This document shows positions 40,822 through 51,119 of a stretch of DNA of 64,000 nucleotides, in pieces. Where the stretch lies: assembly GCA_963745835.1 (NCBI GenBank), contig CAVUZH010000003.1, forward strand, positions 1,376,001 through 1,440,000. The letters are read 5' to 3'. The notes under the pieces are model-generated. The model was not told the DNA's origin. It saw nothing but the letters and a program-made list of their open reading frames with translations, and made no database searches. The stretch is from an uncultured delta proteobacterium (lineage in GTDB: Bacteria > Desulfobacterota > Binatia > UBA9968). The number at the start of each line of letters is the position of its first letter. The stretch's first letter is position 1. Both the position numbers and the translations under genes were made by a program.

Positions 40822-41846
40822 TTGATCACCCTATCCGCTCTTGCCAGTACGCTCGGCGGAATCTTGATTCCGATCTGCTTGGCCGTGTTTAGATTGATCA
40901 CCAGCTCAAACTTAGTCGGCTGTTCAATGGGAATATCAGCGGGTTTTGCTCCTTTGAGGATCTTGTCAACAATAATTGCGCCGCGTCTGTAGGGCTCAGC
41001 CTGGTCGGCTCCGTAGGACATTAAGCCGCCGTTGGCGACATAATCGCCGCGCGGGAATATCGCCGGGAGCCGACTCTTCATTGCCAGGGCAACGACCCGC
41101 TTTTGATTCGTCGAAGAGATTAGTGGGTTCTGCGTTACAGCAATAGCGGCGCTTCCCGCCTTGATTGCTTCTTTAAACGCACTTTCGAATTTATCTGCAC
41201 TGGTGACCTCCATCGAATGGAGTTGCAGACCAAGTTCTCGAGCCGCCAGTTGGCTCTCCTTCCACGATTCACCAGACATTTTTGGATTCCACATCACCGC
41301 AACACGGGCGAGCGTGGGAATGGTTTCCTTAAGTAGCTCAAGCCGTTTCCCGCTCAACTCCGTCGCAATGGTGGTGATTCCCGTGATGTTGCCCCCGGGC
41401 CGCGCCAGGCTTTCGACCAGTCCTGATGCAGCAGGATCACTTTGGGCAAAAAACACGATAGGGATCGTTTTGGTGGCGTTTTTAGCGGCGAGCGTTTCAT
41501 CGGGCGACGTAGTGAGAAATACGTCAACTTTAAGACGGACCAACTCCTCAGCTAACGCAGAAAAGCGATCAAGATTACCCTCCGCAGAACGAGTCTCGTA
41601 TATGACGTTCTTTCCCTCGATGTAGCCGAGCTCACGGAGCGATTGCCGAAACAACTTGCGTCCGGTGCCCAAAGTGGTATCGCCCTGCAAGTGGAATTCG
41701 CCAATTTTAGCTATCTTCTCCCGTTGCTGGGCTCCGACAGGACCGCTAAGCGTCAATAGCAGAGCGCCAAGAGCAAAACGAAAAACTTGCTTTCTCCTGG
41801 TCGCGCTAATCCACAATCTAAAATCGGCAATCGAAAGTCGATTCAC
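40818..41846 (-). CDS. ABC_sub_bind protein, member 11
   Basis: Intact. Confidence 0.9.
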   Translation of the reverse strand: MNRLSIADFRLWISATRRKQVFRFALGALLLTLSGPVGAQQREKIAKIGEFHLQGDTTLGTGRKLFRQSLRELGYIEGKNVIYETRSAEGNLDRFSALAEELVRLKVDVFLTTSPDETLAAKNATKTIPIVFFAQSDPAASGLVESLARPGGNITGITTIATELSGKRLELLKETIPTLARVAVMWNPKMSGESWKESQLAARELGLQLHSMEVTSADKFESAFKEAIKAGSAAIAVTQNPLISSTNQKRVVALAMKSRLPAIFPRGDYVANGGLMSYGADQAEPYRRGAIIVDKILKGAKPADIPIEQPTKFELVINLNTAKQIGIKIPPSVLARADRVIK

Positions 41847-42899
41847 TTGATCACTCGATCCGCTCTGGCCAGCACGTTGGGTGGAATCGTGAGGCCGATC
41901 TGCTTGGCGGTTTTAAGATTGACCGCTAGTTCGAACTTAGTCGGTTGCTCCACCGGCAGCTCGGCAGGCTTCGTGCCTTTCAAGATCTTGTCGACGTACC
42001 AGGCGGCTCGCCTGTAACTGTTCAAGTCATTGGCTGCATAGGAGATGAGTCCACCGGCCTCTGTGTAGTCGATTCTCTCGCCGATGGAAGGCAGCCGTTG
42101 CTTTATGGCCAAGATCGCGATCTGCTTTTGATAAGGACTGATCACGATGTGCGTTACCGTGATGAGAGCCTTAATGCCATCCTTTGCCGCAATGCGAAAT
42201 GCGCCCTCCAAATCCGGCTTTGAACCTCGGACGGCAAGAGATTCAATCGTTATTTTCATAGCCCGCGCGGCCGCCTCATACCGTTTGAAAGCATTGCCGA
42301 AACCAGCTCCCGACCCATCCGCGTTCCAAATGAGTCCAACGCGCGATATTGACGGAACCATTTCGGTAAGCAACTCCAGTCTTTTCTCACTTAGGTCCGG
42401 ATGAGGTTGGTGAGCCCGGTAATATTTCCACCTGGCCGGGCGAGACTATCGACATAGCCCGCTCCACCGGGTCCTGGTTTGTCACCATGCCACAATAGGG
42501 ATCGTCTTGGTTTGTTGTTTCGCTGCGCGGATCGCTGGCGGCGCTCCAGTCGATGAGCACATTGCATTTAGATCGCACGAGTTCGGCCACGAGGTCAGGG
42601 ATAGCGATCGCTTACTTCGCCTCAGTACCGATACTCAAGCCGAATGTTCTTTCCTTCGATATAACCGAGATCACGTAGCCCTTGCCGGAATCGTTCGAGC
42701 TGAGTACCTCCTGAGGACCATTGATCGCGACCCGATAATCAACTATCGGAGGAATCTTCTTCGGCTGCTGCGGGCGACTGGAAGAGCGCAGGCAAAAGGA
42801 CAGCAAGCAGTAAGCAGAAACAATCCACGATGATGAAATCCTCTTGTGCTCGTTTCGCTTCTCTAATTACTCGAACTGAAGAATCCGGTACAATCTCAC
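41843..42899 (-). pseudogene. ABC_sub_bind protein, member 10 (several frameshifts in the 5' half)
   Basis: Fragments QQPKKIP, FRQGLRDLGYIEGKN, AELVR and VTNQDPV lie in different frames; intact 3' half 41843..42373. Confidence 0.8.
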
Positions 42900-43846
42900 T
42901 TGATCACCCTATCCGCCCGCGCGAGCACCTGCGGCGGAATCGTCACGCCAATCTGTTTCGCTGTCTTAAGGTTGATTGCCAGTTCAAACTTCGTGGGTTG
43001 CTCGACCGGGAGTTCGGCGGGTTTCGCGCCTTTCAGGATTCTATCAACGTAAGTGGCGGCGCGTTGGAACATATCACGATTATTCACCCCGTAGGAGATA
43101 AGACCGCCTGCGTCTACGTAGTCCGCCAACGGATATATTGCCGGCAAACGGTTCTTTGCCGCGAGTGCGACGACTTGTTGCCGATTTGCAAACAATGTTG
43201 GTTGACCCGGAAAGACGATGAAAGCGTCGGAGCGCTCTTTGATCATGCTTTTGAAAACACCTGCTAAATCGGAGGAACTTCCCACATTGAAAGATTGAGT
43301 CCTTAGTTGCAGAGAGCGAGCGGCCAACTCCGTATCTTTTAGATCGATGGTGTTTCCTCGGACATTTGGACTCGTGAGCAGCGCCACTTGCGATAGCTTC
43401 GGAATCGTTTCTTTGAAAATCTCCAGCCGTTTTCCATTGAGTTCTGGAGAATAAGCGCTCAACCCTGTTATGTTTCCCCCTGGTCGCGCCAGACTGGCGA
43501 CGAAACCCACACCAACGGGATCAGATCCGATCGGCATGACGATCGGAATCGTCTGGGTCGCGTGCTTGAGAGCGTCGATCGCGGGGTTGGGAATAGCGAC
43601 AATGACATCAACTTTGAGACGAACCAATTCGGCAGCCAGGATAGGAAGCCGTTCGGCCTGTGCTTCAGCGTAGCGGAGTTCTAACAGGACGTTCTGTCCG
43701 TCCACATAGCCGTGGTCTCGCAGACCCTGCTTAAACGCATTGATAAGGTGCGGTAGTGAGTCAGGGAAGCCAGTCGTAAGAAGCCCTATACGATGCAGCT
43801 TTTTTTGCTGCTGCGCCTCGGCGGGCAACGAAAGTGCAAACAACAT
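42896..43846 (-). CDS. ABC_sub_bind protein, member 9
   Basis: Intact body; coupled ATG at 43931 is in frame if two T are restored to T-runs in the leader. Confidence 0.88.
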   Translation of the reverse strand: MLFALSLPAEAQQQKKLHRIGLLTTGFPDSLPHLINAFKQGLRDHGYVDGQNVLLELRYAEAQAERLPILAAELVRLKVDVIVAIPNPAIDALKHATQTIPIVMPIGSDPVGVGFVASLARPGGNITGLSAYSPELNGKRLEIFKETIPKLSQVALLTSPNVRGNTIDLKDTELAARSLQLRTQSFNVGSSSDLAGVFKSMIKERSDAFIVFPGQPTLFANRQQVVALAAKNRLPAIYPLADYVDAGGLISYGVNNRDMFQRAATYVDRILKGAKPAELPVEQPTKFELAINLKTAKQIGVTIPPQVLARADRVIK

Positions 43847-43927
43847 GGCGGAAAGAGCAAAACGAAAACTCGCTTTCTGCTCTTAGTTCTCCTAATCCAA
43901 ATCCAAAATCGAAAATCCAAAATGGGA

Positions 43928-44935
43928 TCATTTGATCACTCTGTCCGCCCGCGCGAGCACATTCGGCGGAATCATCAGCCCGATCTGCTTGGCGGTTTTC
44001 AAATTAATCACCAGTTCAAACTCCGTGGGCTGCTCGACCGGTAAGTCTGCCGGCTTGGCGCCTTTAAGAATTTTATCAACGTAAACAGCGACCTTTTGGA
44101 ACCGCCCCTCGGTCTGCGCGCCGTACATCATAAGGCCGCCAAGATCCATAAACGTTCGTTCTAGATAAATCGCAGGTAAACGATTCTTTGCGGCTAGATC
44201 GACGAGCTGCTTACGACGAGGGAGAGGAGCAACTGATGGGATGCGTGCGATAAGGGCATGAACCCGTTCTTTGGCGGCGAGTTGAAAAACGGATTCAATA
44301 TCCTCGTCTCTGCGAACGGGAGAACGGATCAACTGAACTTTCAAGGAGCGGGCGGGCTTCTCTGTTTCCTTCATAAACAAGTCTTCCGATGGAGTTCCGG
44401 GCGCTGGTCCGGGTACAATCACACGCGAGAGCCCGGGAACTATTTCCTTTAGTAGCTCCAAAAGTTTTCCTCCCAAATCTCCGCTAACGCTCGTTAGCCC
44501 CGTTACATTCCCGTCTGGACGCGCAAGACTGGCGACGAGCCCTGTTCTTACCGGGTCGGTGCTGCTCGTCATAACGATCGGGATTACGGTCGTTGCCTTT
44601 TTCGCAGCCAGGGCCGGAGCCGTTCCATCGGCGACGATGACATCTACGTTCAATCGGACCAGATCGGCTGTGAGATCGGTGTACCGCTCGGGTTTGCCTT
44701 CTGTACTCCGAAATTCGAGCGTGACGTTTTTCCCTTCGAAATATCCTAGCTCGTGCAAAGCTTGTAAGAACGCTGGAGAAACAGACGACGCTCCTCCAGC
44801 AAGGTAACCGATGCGATAAAGCTTCCCCGGCTGCTGCCCTTCGATAGACCCGCAGAAGGCAAAGAGCATAGCGCAAAGGGTAAAGCAGAAGACGCTCTTG
44901 CGGACCGTTAAAGACAGACTACTAACCACGTTCAT
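43928..44935 (-). CDS. ABC_sub_bind protein, member 8
   Basis: Start ATG 44935 (MNVVSS) overlaps the upstream TGA; the ORF-track extension to 45133 is an out-of-frame reading of the upstream gene tail. Confidence 0.9.
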   Translation of the reverse strand: MNVVSSLSLTVRKSVFCFTLCAMLFAFCGSIEGQQPGKLYRIGYLAGGASSVSPAFLQALHELGYFEGKNVTLEFRSTEGKPERYTDLTADLVRLNVDVIVADGTAPALAAKKATTVIPIVMTSSTDPVRTGLVASLARPDGNVTGLTSVSGDLGGKLLELLKEIVPGLSRVIVPGPAPGTPSEDLFMKETEKPARSLKVQLIRSPVRRDEDIESVFQLAAKERVHALIARIPSVAPLPRRKQLVDLAAKNRLPAIYLERTFMDLGGLMMYGAQTEGRFQKVAVYVDKILKGAKPADLPVEQPTEFELVINLKTAKQIGLMIPPNVLARADRVIK

Positions 44936-46028
44936 CGAATTACCTTGTCGGCCCGCGCCAGCATACTTGGCGGAATTGTCACCCCAATTTGGTTGGCCGT
45001 CATCAGATTGATTGCCAACTCGAATTTGGCGGCTTGCTCGACGGGAAAATCGGCTGGCTTGGCGCCTCTTAGGATTTATCGACGTAGAGTGCCGCGCGTT
45101 TGTAACTCTCGGCATCATTGGATGAATACGCAATCAGGCCGCCGGGTTCTATCCATAAGCCCGAGTCATACATCGACGGCAGTTTATATTTGATAGCATA
45201 GTTCACGATTTGCTTTCGGTGACGATTCAGAAGGGAATTACCTATTGTGATCAGAGCTTTCGCTCGTGTTTGGGCAGCAGATTCAAATGCGGCATCCAGA
45301 TTAGGGTCAGGGCCTCGCACCTCTAGAGACTGCAATTGAATTCTTAACGCCTGAGCCGCAGCCTGGTACTCCCGAAAACTTATTTTTGGTCCCTCCGCGC
45401 TTGAATCCCAAAGGATGGCGACGCGCGCAATCCCGGGAATTAGCTCTGTTAGTAACTCCAGCCGTTTCCCTCCTAACTCCCGGGTGAGGCGGCTAACCCC
45501 AGTGACATTCCCCCCCGGGCGAGCCAAGCTATCGACAATCCCCGTCGCGACTGGATCCTGATTGATGACCATGACGATGGGAATTGTCTTGGTCGCCTGC
45601 TTGGCGCTGCGGATCGCGGGGTCGTCGCCAGAGATAAGCACATCGACTTTGAGTTGCACGAGTTCCGCCACGAGGTTTGGAATCCGGTCGCGCTTGCCCT
45701 CGGCATAGCGAAACTCGATCAGAATATTTTTACCCTCAACGTAACCTAGATCTTCTAGGCCTTGGCGAAACGCCTCGACATTAGGGCCCGGAGGAGAAGG
45801 AACGCCAACCACTCTCAGATAGCCTATCCGTGGAACTTTCGTTGGCTGCTGCGCCTGAGCCACAGCCCCACAAAGGTTAGATGCGAAAACGACTGCGAAG
45901 ATCGCCACCCATCTTAGATTTTGGATTTTAGATTTTGGATTGTTGGCAGAAAGAGATTCGGAGCGGATTAGTTTCGTAACGTCTTTTCTGCGCATTCCAA
46001 AATCCAAAATCGTAAATCCAAAATTCAC
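44932..46028 (-). pseudogene. ABC_sub_bind protein, member 7 (one A missing in an A-run at ~45075; probably a sequencing error)
   Basis: YVDK then ILRGAKP...ARADKVIR* in the next frame. Confidence 0.75.
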
Positions 46029-47054
46029 TTGATCACCTTGTCCGCTCGTGCCAGCAAGTTCGGCGGAATCGTAAGGCTGATCTGCTTGGCGGCTTTGAGA
46101 TTGACCACTAGTTCAACGTCGCCGGCTGCTCTACTGGTAGATCAGCCGGCTTCGCTCCTTTGAGGATTTTGTCGACATAGGTTGCAGCGCGGCGTTGTAA
46201 ATCGGCAAGACTAACCCCATAGCTCATCAGCCCGCCTGCATTCACAAAATTTTCCCTGACATAGACCACTGGCAGCCGGCTTTTTGCTGTGCTGCAAGTT
46301 CTTTTGGCTTGACGTTGAATATCGGACCTCCTAACACAAGAACTGCCTCCGCCCGCTCCGCGCGCGCTTCTCGAAACGCTGCCTCAATATCTTTCACACC
46401 ATGCACGTCCAGATATTGAATCTGCAGTTTGAGTGCGCCGGCAGCGAGTTGTGTCTCCTTGAGTCCTTCGGCGTTGCCGGGGTTGTTCGATGAGCCGAGG
46501 ACCGCTACTCGGGAGAGCCCGGGGACGATTTCTTTCAAAAGTTCCAGCCGCTTTCCGCTTATTTCTGGTCGTAGCGTCGATAAGCCGGTAATGTTTCCGC
46601 CCGGCCGTGCTAGGCTGGCGATAAACCCGCTTCTGACAGGATCGTTATCCTGGAGCATGACAATCGGGATGGTGCTGGTGGCCTCCTTGGCAGCACGAGT
46701 CGCCGTAGAGCCGGCCGTAAGAATAACGTCAACTTTTAGCCGGACCAGCTCATCAGCGAAGGTAGCTAAACGATCTAAGTTTCCGCCCGCCTGTCGCCAC
46801 TCGATGACGATGTTCTTTCCTTCCACATAGTCTAATTCGGCCAAACCTTCTTTGACCGCCGCAGGTCTGCCGCTTTCTCCCGGCCCGGTACTTGCCGCGA
46901 GAAAGCCCACTTTAGGGATTCTTGCGGATTGCTGAGCCTGCGCGATCGTGCAAACACCAAAGAGCAGAAGTGCAAAACAGCAAAGCGCGAAGAGCATAAA
47001 ACGACGCAGAGTGTTCTTGCCGACTTTTGATCTCTGACATTGGATCTGTGTCAC
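46025..47054 (-). pseudogene. ABC_sub_bind protein, member 6 (frameshifts near 46290 and 46115)
   Basis: Close paralogue of member 17; tail KSRLPVVYVRENFVNAGGLMSYG...ARADKVIK* is out of frame. Confidence 0.75.
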
Positions 47055-48046
47055 CTGATCACCCTGTCGGCTCTTGCCAGTACGTTCGGTGGAATTATCA
47101 CGCCAATCTGTTTTGCTGTTTTCAGATTGATCACTAGCTCGAACTTCGTCGGCTGCTCCACCGGTAGCTCGGCAGGCTTTGCGCCTTTGAGAATTTTATC
47201 TACGAAAACTGCAGCACGGGCAGCAAGGACTCGATCGTCCGGCGAATAGGAGATTAGGCTGCCTTCCTCTACATACAGATTGGTCTCGCCCATTGAAGGG
47301 AGCTTGTTCTTGATGGCCAGTTCGGCAATTCGCTTTGTGTAAGGATCGAGCACGATATTCGAAAGAGAGATGAGCGCATCAACACGCTCCTTGGTCGCAG
47401 CCCGAAACGCGCCGTCGAGATCCGGGATGGGTCCTCGTACCGGCAAGGATGCAAGCTTTATCTTCAAAGACGGGGCTGCAGCCTCGTACCGCTTAAAACC
47501 CACAGCGAACCCAGCATCCGACCCGTCCGCATTCCAGAGAAGGCCCACGCGCGACACCGCCGAAATCACTTCTTTGAGCAGTTCTAAACGTTTTTCGCTC
47601 AAGTCTCGGGTCATTCTCGTCAATCCAGTGATATTCCCACCGGGTCGCGCAAGACTATCCACATATCCCGCGGCAACAGGATCCTGAGTTGTCACCATCA
47701 CAATGGGAACTGTCTTCGTGGCCTGCTTGAGCGCTCGCATGACTGGGGGAGTTCCAGAGATTATTACATCGACCTTTAGCTGTATTAGCTCAGACACAAC
47801 ACTCGGAATCCGCGCGCGGTCGCCATGAAGATAGCGGTACTCGACGAGAATGTTTTTCCCCTCGGTGTATCCAAGATCGTGCAGGCTCTGCCGAAATGCC
47901 TCAATGCGAGAGCCGGGATTCTTCGGATCACCGATAGACACATACCCTAACAGCGGAACTCTCTGCGGCTGTTGTGCCGCGGCGGAAAACGTGAGCGACA
48001 ACAGCACTGCAGCCAAGCCGAACTGAATGACTCTGCTCGGTCTCAC
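47051..48046 (-). CDS. ABC_sub_bind protein, member 5
   Basis: Intact. Confidence 0.9.
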   Translation of the reverse strand: MRPSRVIQFGLAAVLLSLTFSAAAQQPQRVPLLGYVSIGDPKNPGSRIEAFRQSLHDLGYTEGKNILVEYRYLHGDRARIPSVVSELIQLKVDVIISGTPPVMRALKQATKTVPIVMVTTQDPVAAGYVDSLARPGGNITGLTRMTRDLSEKRLELLKEVISAVSRVGLLWNADGSDAGFAVGFKRYEAAAPSLKIKLASLPVRGPIPDLDGAFRAATKERVDALISLSNIVLDPYTKRIAELAIKNKLPSMGETNLYVEEGSLISYSPDDRVLAARAAVFVDKILKGAKPAELPVEQPTKFELVINLKTAKQIGVIIPPNVLARADRVIR

Positions 48047-49009
48047 TTGATTACCCGATCGGCTCTGGCTAATACATGTGGTGGGATCGTCAGGCCGATC
48101 TGTTTCGCAGTCTTCAGATTGATCGCCAACTCGAACTTACTCGCCTGCTCGACCGGCAGGTCGGCCGGGTTTGCGCCTTTCAGAATCTTATCGACATAAA
48201 ACGCAGCGCGCCGGTAAATTTCGTCTCGATGAGCATCATAGGATGCGAGGCCGCCATCTTCGACAACTGTCACGCTCTCCGACATCAACGGCAGTCGATG
48301 TTGTAGCGCAAGATCGGCGATTTGCTTTCGGTGAACTGAGAGCGAAGGAACACTAGTTGTGATGATTGCGCTGACCCGCTCCTTTACGGCAACTTGGAAA
48401 AGCTTAGGCAAGTCGGCAGTTGGCGCTTGCACTTCGAGGATTTGAAGCGGCACCTTGAGACTCCGCGCCGCATCCTCATAATCTTTAAATGCCCCAAAGC
48501 CCGAAAGAATTCCGACCCGCGAGAGCCGCGGAATCATCGCGGTCAGTAGTTCCAGCCGTTTGCCGCTCAGGTCTCGGGTAGCTGACGTAAACCCGGTGAT
48601 ATTTCCTCCCGGATGCGCCAGACTATTAACCAGACCAGATGCTACCGGATCCGGAGTAATCGCCATGACAATGGGAATCGTTTTGGTCGCCTGCTTGGCT
48701 TCGCGGATGACGATCGCCTGTGTGGAGAAAATGAATATCGACCTTGAGGCGCACGAGTTCGGCGACAATTCCCGGGACGCGAGACCTATCTCCCTCGTTG
48801 TTGCGATATTCAAACAAAATATTTTTCCCCTCAAAGTAACCGAGCTCTTGCAGCTCTTGCCGGAATATTTTGATTCTCGAACTAGGGTCGGTGGCAATGC
48901 CTGTGACGATTCCTATGCGCGGGATTTTCGTAACCTGCTGCGCCTGAACTGTGGAGCACGTGGCAAAAAACAGAGAGCATAGAGTAAGCGAAATAGTTTT
49001 TTTAGTCAT
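48043..49009 (-). pseudogene. ABC_sub_bind protein, member 4 (+1 frameshift at ~48735; may be a sequencing error)
   Basis: ORFs 48626..49009 and 48043..48897 join at LKVDI/IFSTQ. Confidence 0.75.
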
Positions 49010-49056
49010 ACTCGGCTTCCTGTTTCCGATCTCGGACGTCTGACTTCTGGTCCCTG

Positions 49057-50097
49057 TTATCTAATCACCCTATCCGCCCTTGCCAGGATATGCGGCGAAA
49101 TGGTAGCGCCGATCTGTTTTGCAGTCTTTAAATTGATCACCATTTCGAATTTGGTTGGCTGCTCGACCGGAATGTCGGCTGGTTTGGAGCCTTTCAAGAT
49201 CCTGGCCAGGTAGCGCGCGCCATCAAAACCTTCAATGCTGTAGCCCGGTCCATAAGCCATGAGATTGCCGTTATCAGCGTAATCTGCTCGCGCACATATC
49301 GATACCCAGCGGTAACGCATCGCCAGATCGGCGATCCTCTTCTGATTCGAGTTGGCTAACGGGTTTAACGTCACGGCAAGAGCGCCGCTGTGCGCCTTGG
49401 CTGCTTCTTTGAACGCCTCCTCATACTTATCGGCGCTGCTTACCTGCATTGAATGTAGCTGCAGGCCAAGCTCTCGTGCCGGCACTTGGCTGTCTTGCCA
49501 CTGCGGCGCGGAGCCGGGAGCTTGAGGGTCCCATAGCACGGCAACACGGGAGAGCTTCGGAACGATTTCCTTTAGCAGCTCCAGTCGTTTGCCTGCTAAA
49601 ATGGCCGCCATGTTGGTGATCCCCGTGCTATTCCCTCCGGGTCGCGGCAGGCTATCGACCAGTCCCGCGGTAACAGGATCAGTCACGCCCATGAAAACGT
49701 GCGGAATAGTCTTGCTAACACTGCGAGCGGCTTGAGCGGCATTGGTCGTGACGGTTACAAAAACGTCAGTCTTAAGCCGGACAAGTTCGGCTGCAAGCTC
49801 CGGAAGGCGGTCAAAGTTCCGGTCCTCATGGCGATACTCGATAAAAATGTTCTGCCCCTCGATATAGCCGAAATCCCGTAGCGCCTGCCGGAATGCCTCT
49901 TTGCGCGGGGCATCAGCGGCCGGTGATACCGCGGCCAGATAACCGATGCGCGGAACTTTTTTCGGTTGCTGCGCCTCGGCTTCCGTCCAGCACAGCACGA
50001 ATATGACAACTAGGGCGAGCATCCCTGCCAATTTTGGATTTTGGATTGCCGATTTTCGATTGTCGGAAACAGACTCCGAAGGAACCGCGTTCATCAC
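49057..50097 (-). CDS. ABC_sub_bind protein, member 3
   Basis: Intact; leader SDNRKSAIQNPKL is a translated heptamer tract. Confidence 0.9.
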   Translation of the reverse strand: MMNAVPSESVSDNRKSAIQNPKLAGMLALVVIFVLCWTEAEAQQPKKVPRIGYLAAVSPAADAPRKEAFRQALRDFGYIEGQNIFIEYRHEDRNFDRLPELAAELVRLKTDVFVTVTTNAAQAARSVSKTIPHVFMGVTDPVTAGLVDSLPRPGGNSTGITNMAAILAGKRLELLKEIVPKLSRVAVLWDPQAPGSAPQWQDSQVPARELGLQLHSMQVSSADKYEEAFKEAAKAHSGALAVTLNPLANSNQKRIADLAMRYRWVSICARADYADNGNLMAYGPGYSIEGFDGARYLARILKGSKPADIPVEQPTKFEMVINLKTAKQIGATISPHILARADRVIR

Positions 50098-50149
50098 TTT
50101 GTTCTCCTGCTTTCAACCCAAAAGTCTAAATTCGAAATCCAGAATCGGA

Positions 50150-50190
50150 TTACTTGATTACTCTATCGGCTCTTGCCAGCAGGTTGGCTG
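50150..50190 (-). repeat. Orphan SBP 3'-end stub downstream of the nuclease
   Basis: GCCAACCTGCTGGCAAGAGCCGATAGAGTAATCAAGTAA = [12 protein letters not shown], followed by a heptamer tract. Confidence 0.85.
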
Positions 50191-50250
50191 CAACGTCGAC
50201 GTTTGCTTCGCAATCCTTCGCGCTCCAGCAATAGCTTTGCCGTAGCCACA

Positions 50251-51024
50251 TTACTTGAAAATATTATTCAGCAACCACTCCAGCCTCATTCCCGCCTGAG
50301 CCAGCCGTCGTCTGACTATCATGAGAGCGGTTGCCACGTATTCGTCTGACAATTCCATGGATTCTCCAACGGTATAGGCATCGGACCTCGATAAACGAAA
50401 TGATTCGTCAGTCCACGTTTTCGGCTCGCCAGACTGCCATTCAGAGCGTTGCTTCGGTGTAATGCTCTGGTCCAATTTCTTGGCTAGTTCCTCGGCGTTG
50501 CCTTCTTCCATGTCGACGACGTTGAAATCCCAGAACAGATGGAGGTTCTTCGTCTGTCCTCTATAACTCACGGTAATTTCGGTTCCACCTCTATCTTCTC
50601 GCCTACCTGCATGTAGAGGCTGATGCATATCATTTACTAGATGGGCCACGTACCGGAGAGCAATCAGTCGCACATTGATCGGCACCTTAACGTCAGCGAT
50701 AATCGAGGTAAACCAATTTAAAGCCTCAACCATGCAATTTCTTGCTTTACAGTCTCGTTCTTGATCGTAGCCGGCGGCATCATCGGGAATGCTGACGTGA
50801 TGCAGCCGATCGAACTCTGTTATTCGCCTACCTTCCCTGTCAGGCCACACAGCTGCATCGGCCAGTGTCGTGCCATCAGGAAGAAGCTTCCTCACCTCTT
50901 CTCGTGCCTGCTCCGTGAGCTGCGTATCGGCTAAGATAGCTACAATTCGATGGCCCTTGTCGCCCCAGCCGTAGGCTACGTCGCGCAATGGAAGCATGAA
51001 CGCGAATGCAGCAGTAGCCGACAA
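50251..51024 (-). CDS. S1/P1 nuclease
   Basis: Signal then WGDKGH, AVWPD, HLVNDMHQPLH, DRGG and NLHLFWD Zn-binding motifs. Confidence 0.92.
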   Translation of the reverse strand: MSATAAFAFMLPLRDVAYGWGDKGHRIVAILADTQLTEQAREEVRKLLPDGTTLADAAVWPDREGRRITEFDRLHHVSIPDDAAGYDQERDCKARNCMVEALNWFTSIIADVKVPINVRLIALRYVAHLVNDMHQPLHAGRREDRGGTEITVSYRGQTKNLHLFWDFNVVDMEEGNAEELAKKLDQSITPKQRSEWQSGEPKTWTDESFRLSRSDAYTVGESMELSDEYVATALMIVRRRLAQAGMRLEWLLNNIFK

Positions 51025-51047
51025 GGATCAGCTTGTAGATAAACAGC

Positions 51048-51119
51048 TCACCTTGGGCGGAGAATCGCCGTACGACTTTCAGTAGATTTTGCGATTTTTG
51101 ATTTTGGATGGCAGATCAT
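51048..51119 (-). repeat. Degenerate gene-less unit with a truncated stub
   Basis: ATGATCTGCCATCCAAAATCAAAAATCGCAAAATC...GTCGTACGGCGATTCTCCGCCCAAGGTGA. Confidence 0.7.

Noticed and set aside
44936-45133. N-terminal extension of ORF 43928..45133
   Set aside because: Alternative-frame reading of the member 7 tail; the coupled ATG at 44935 is the better start.
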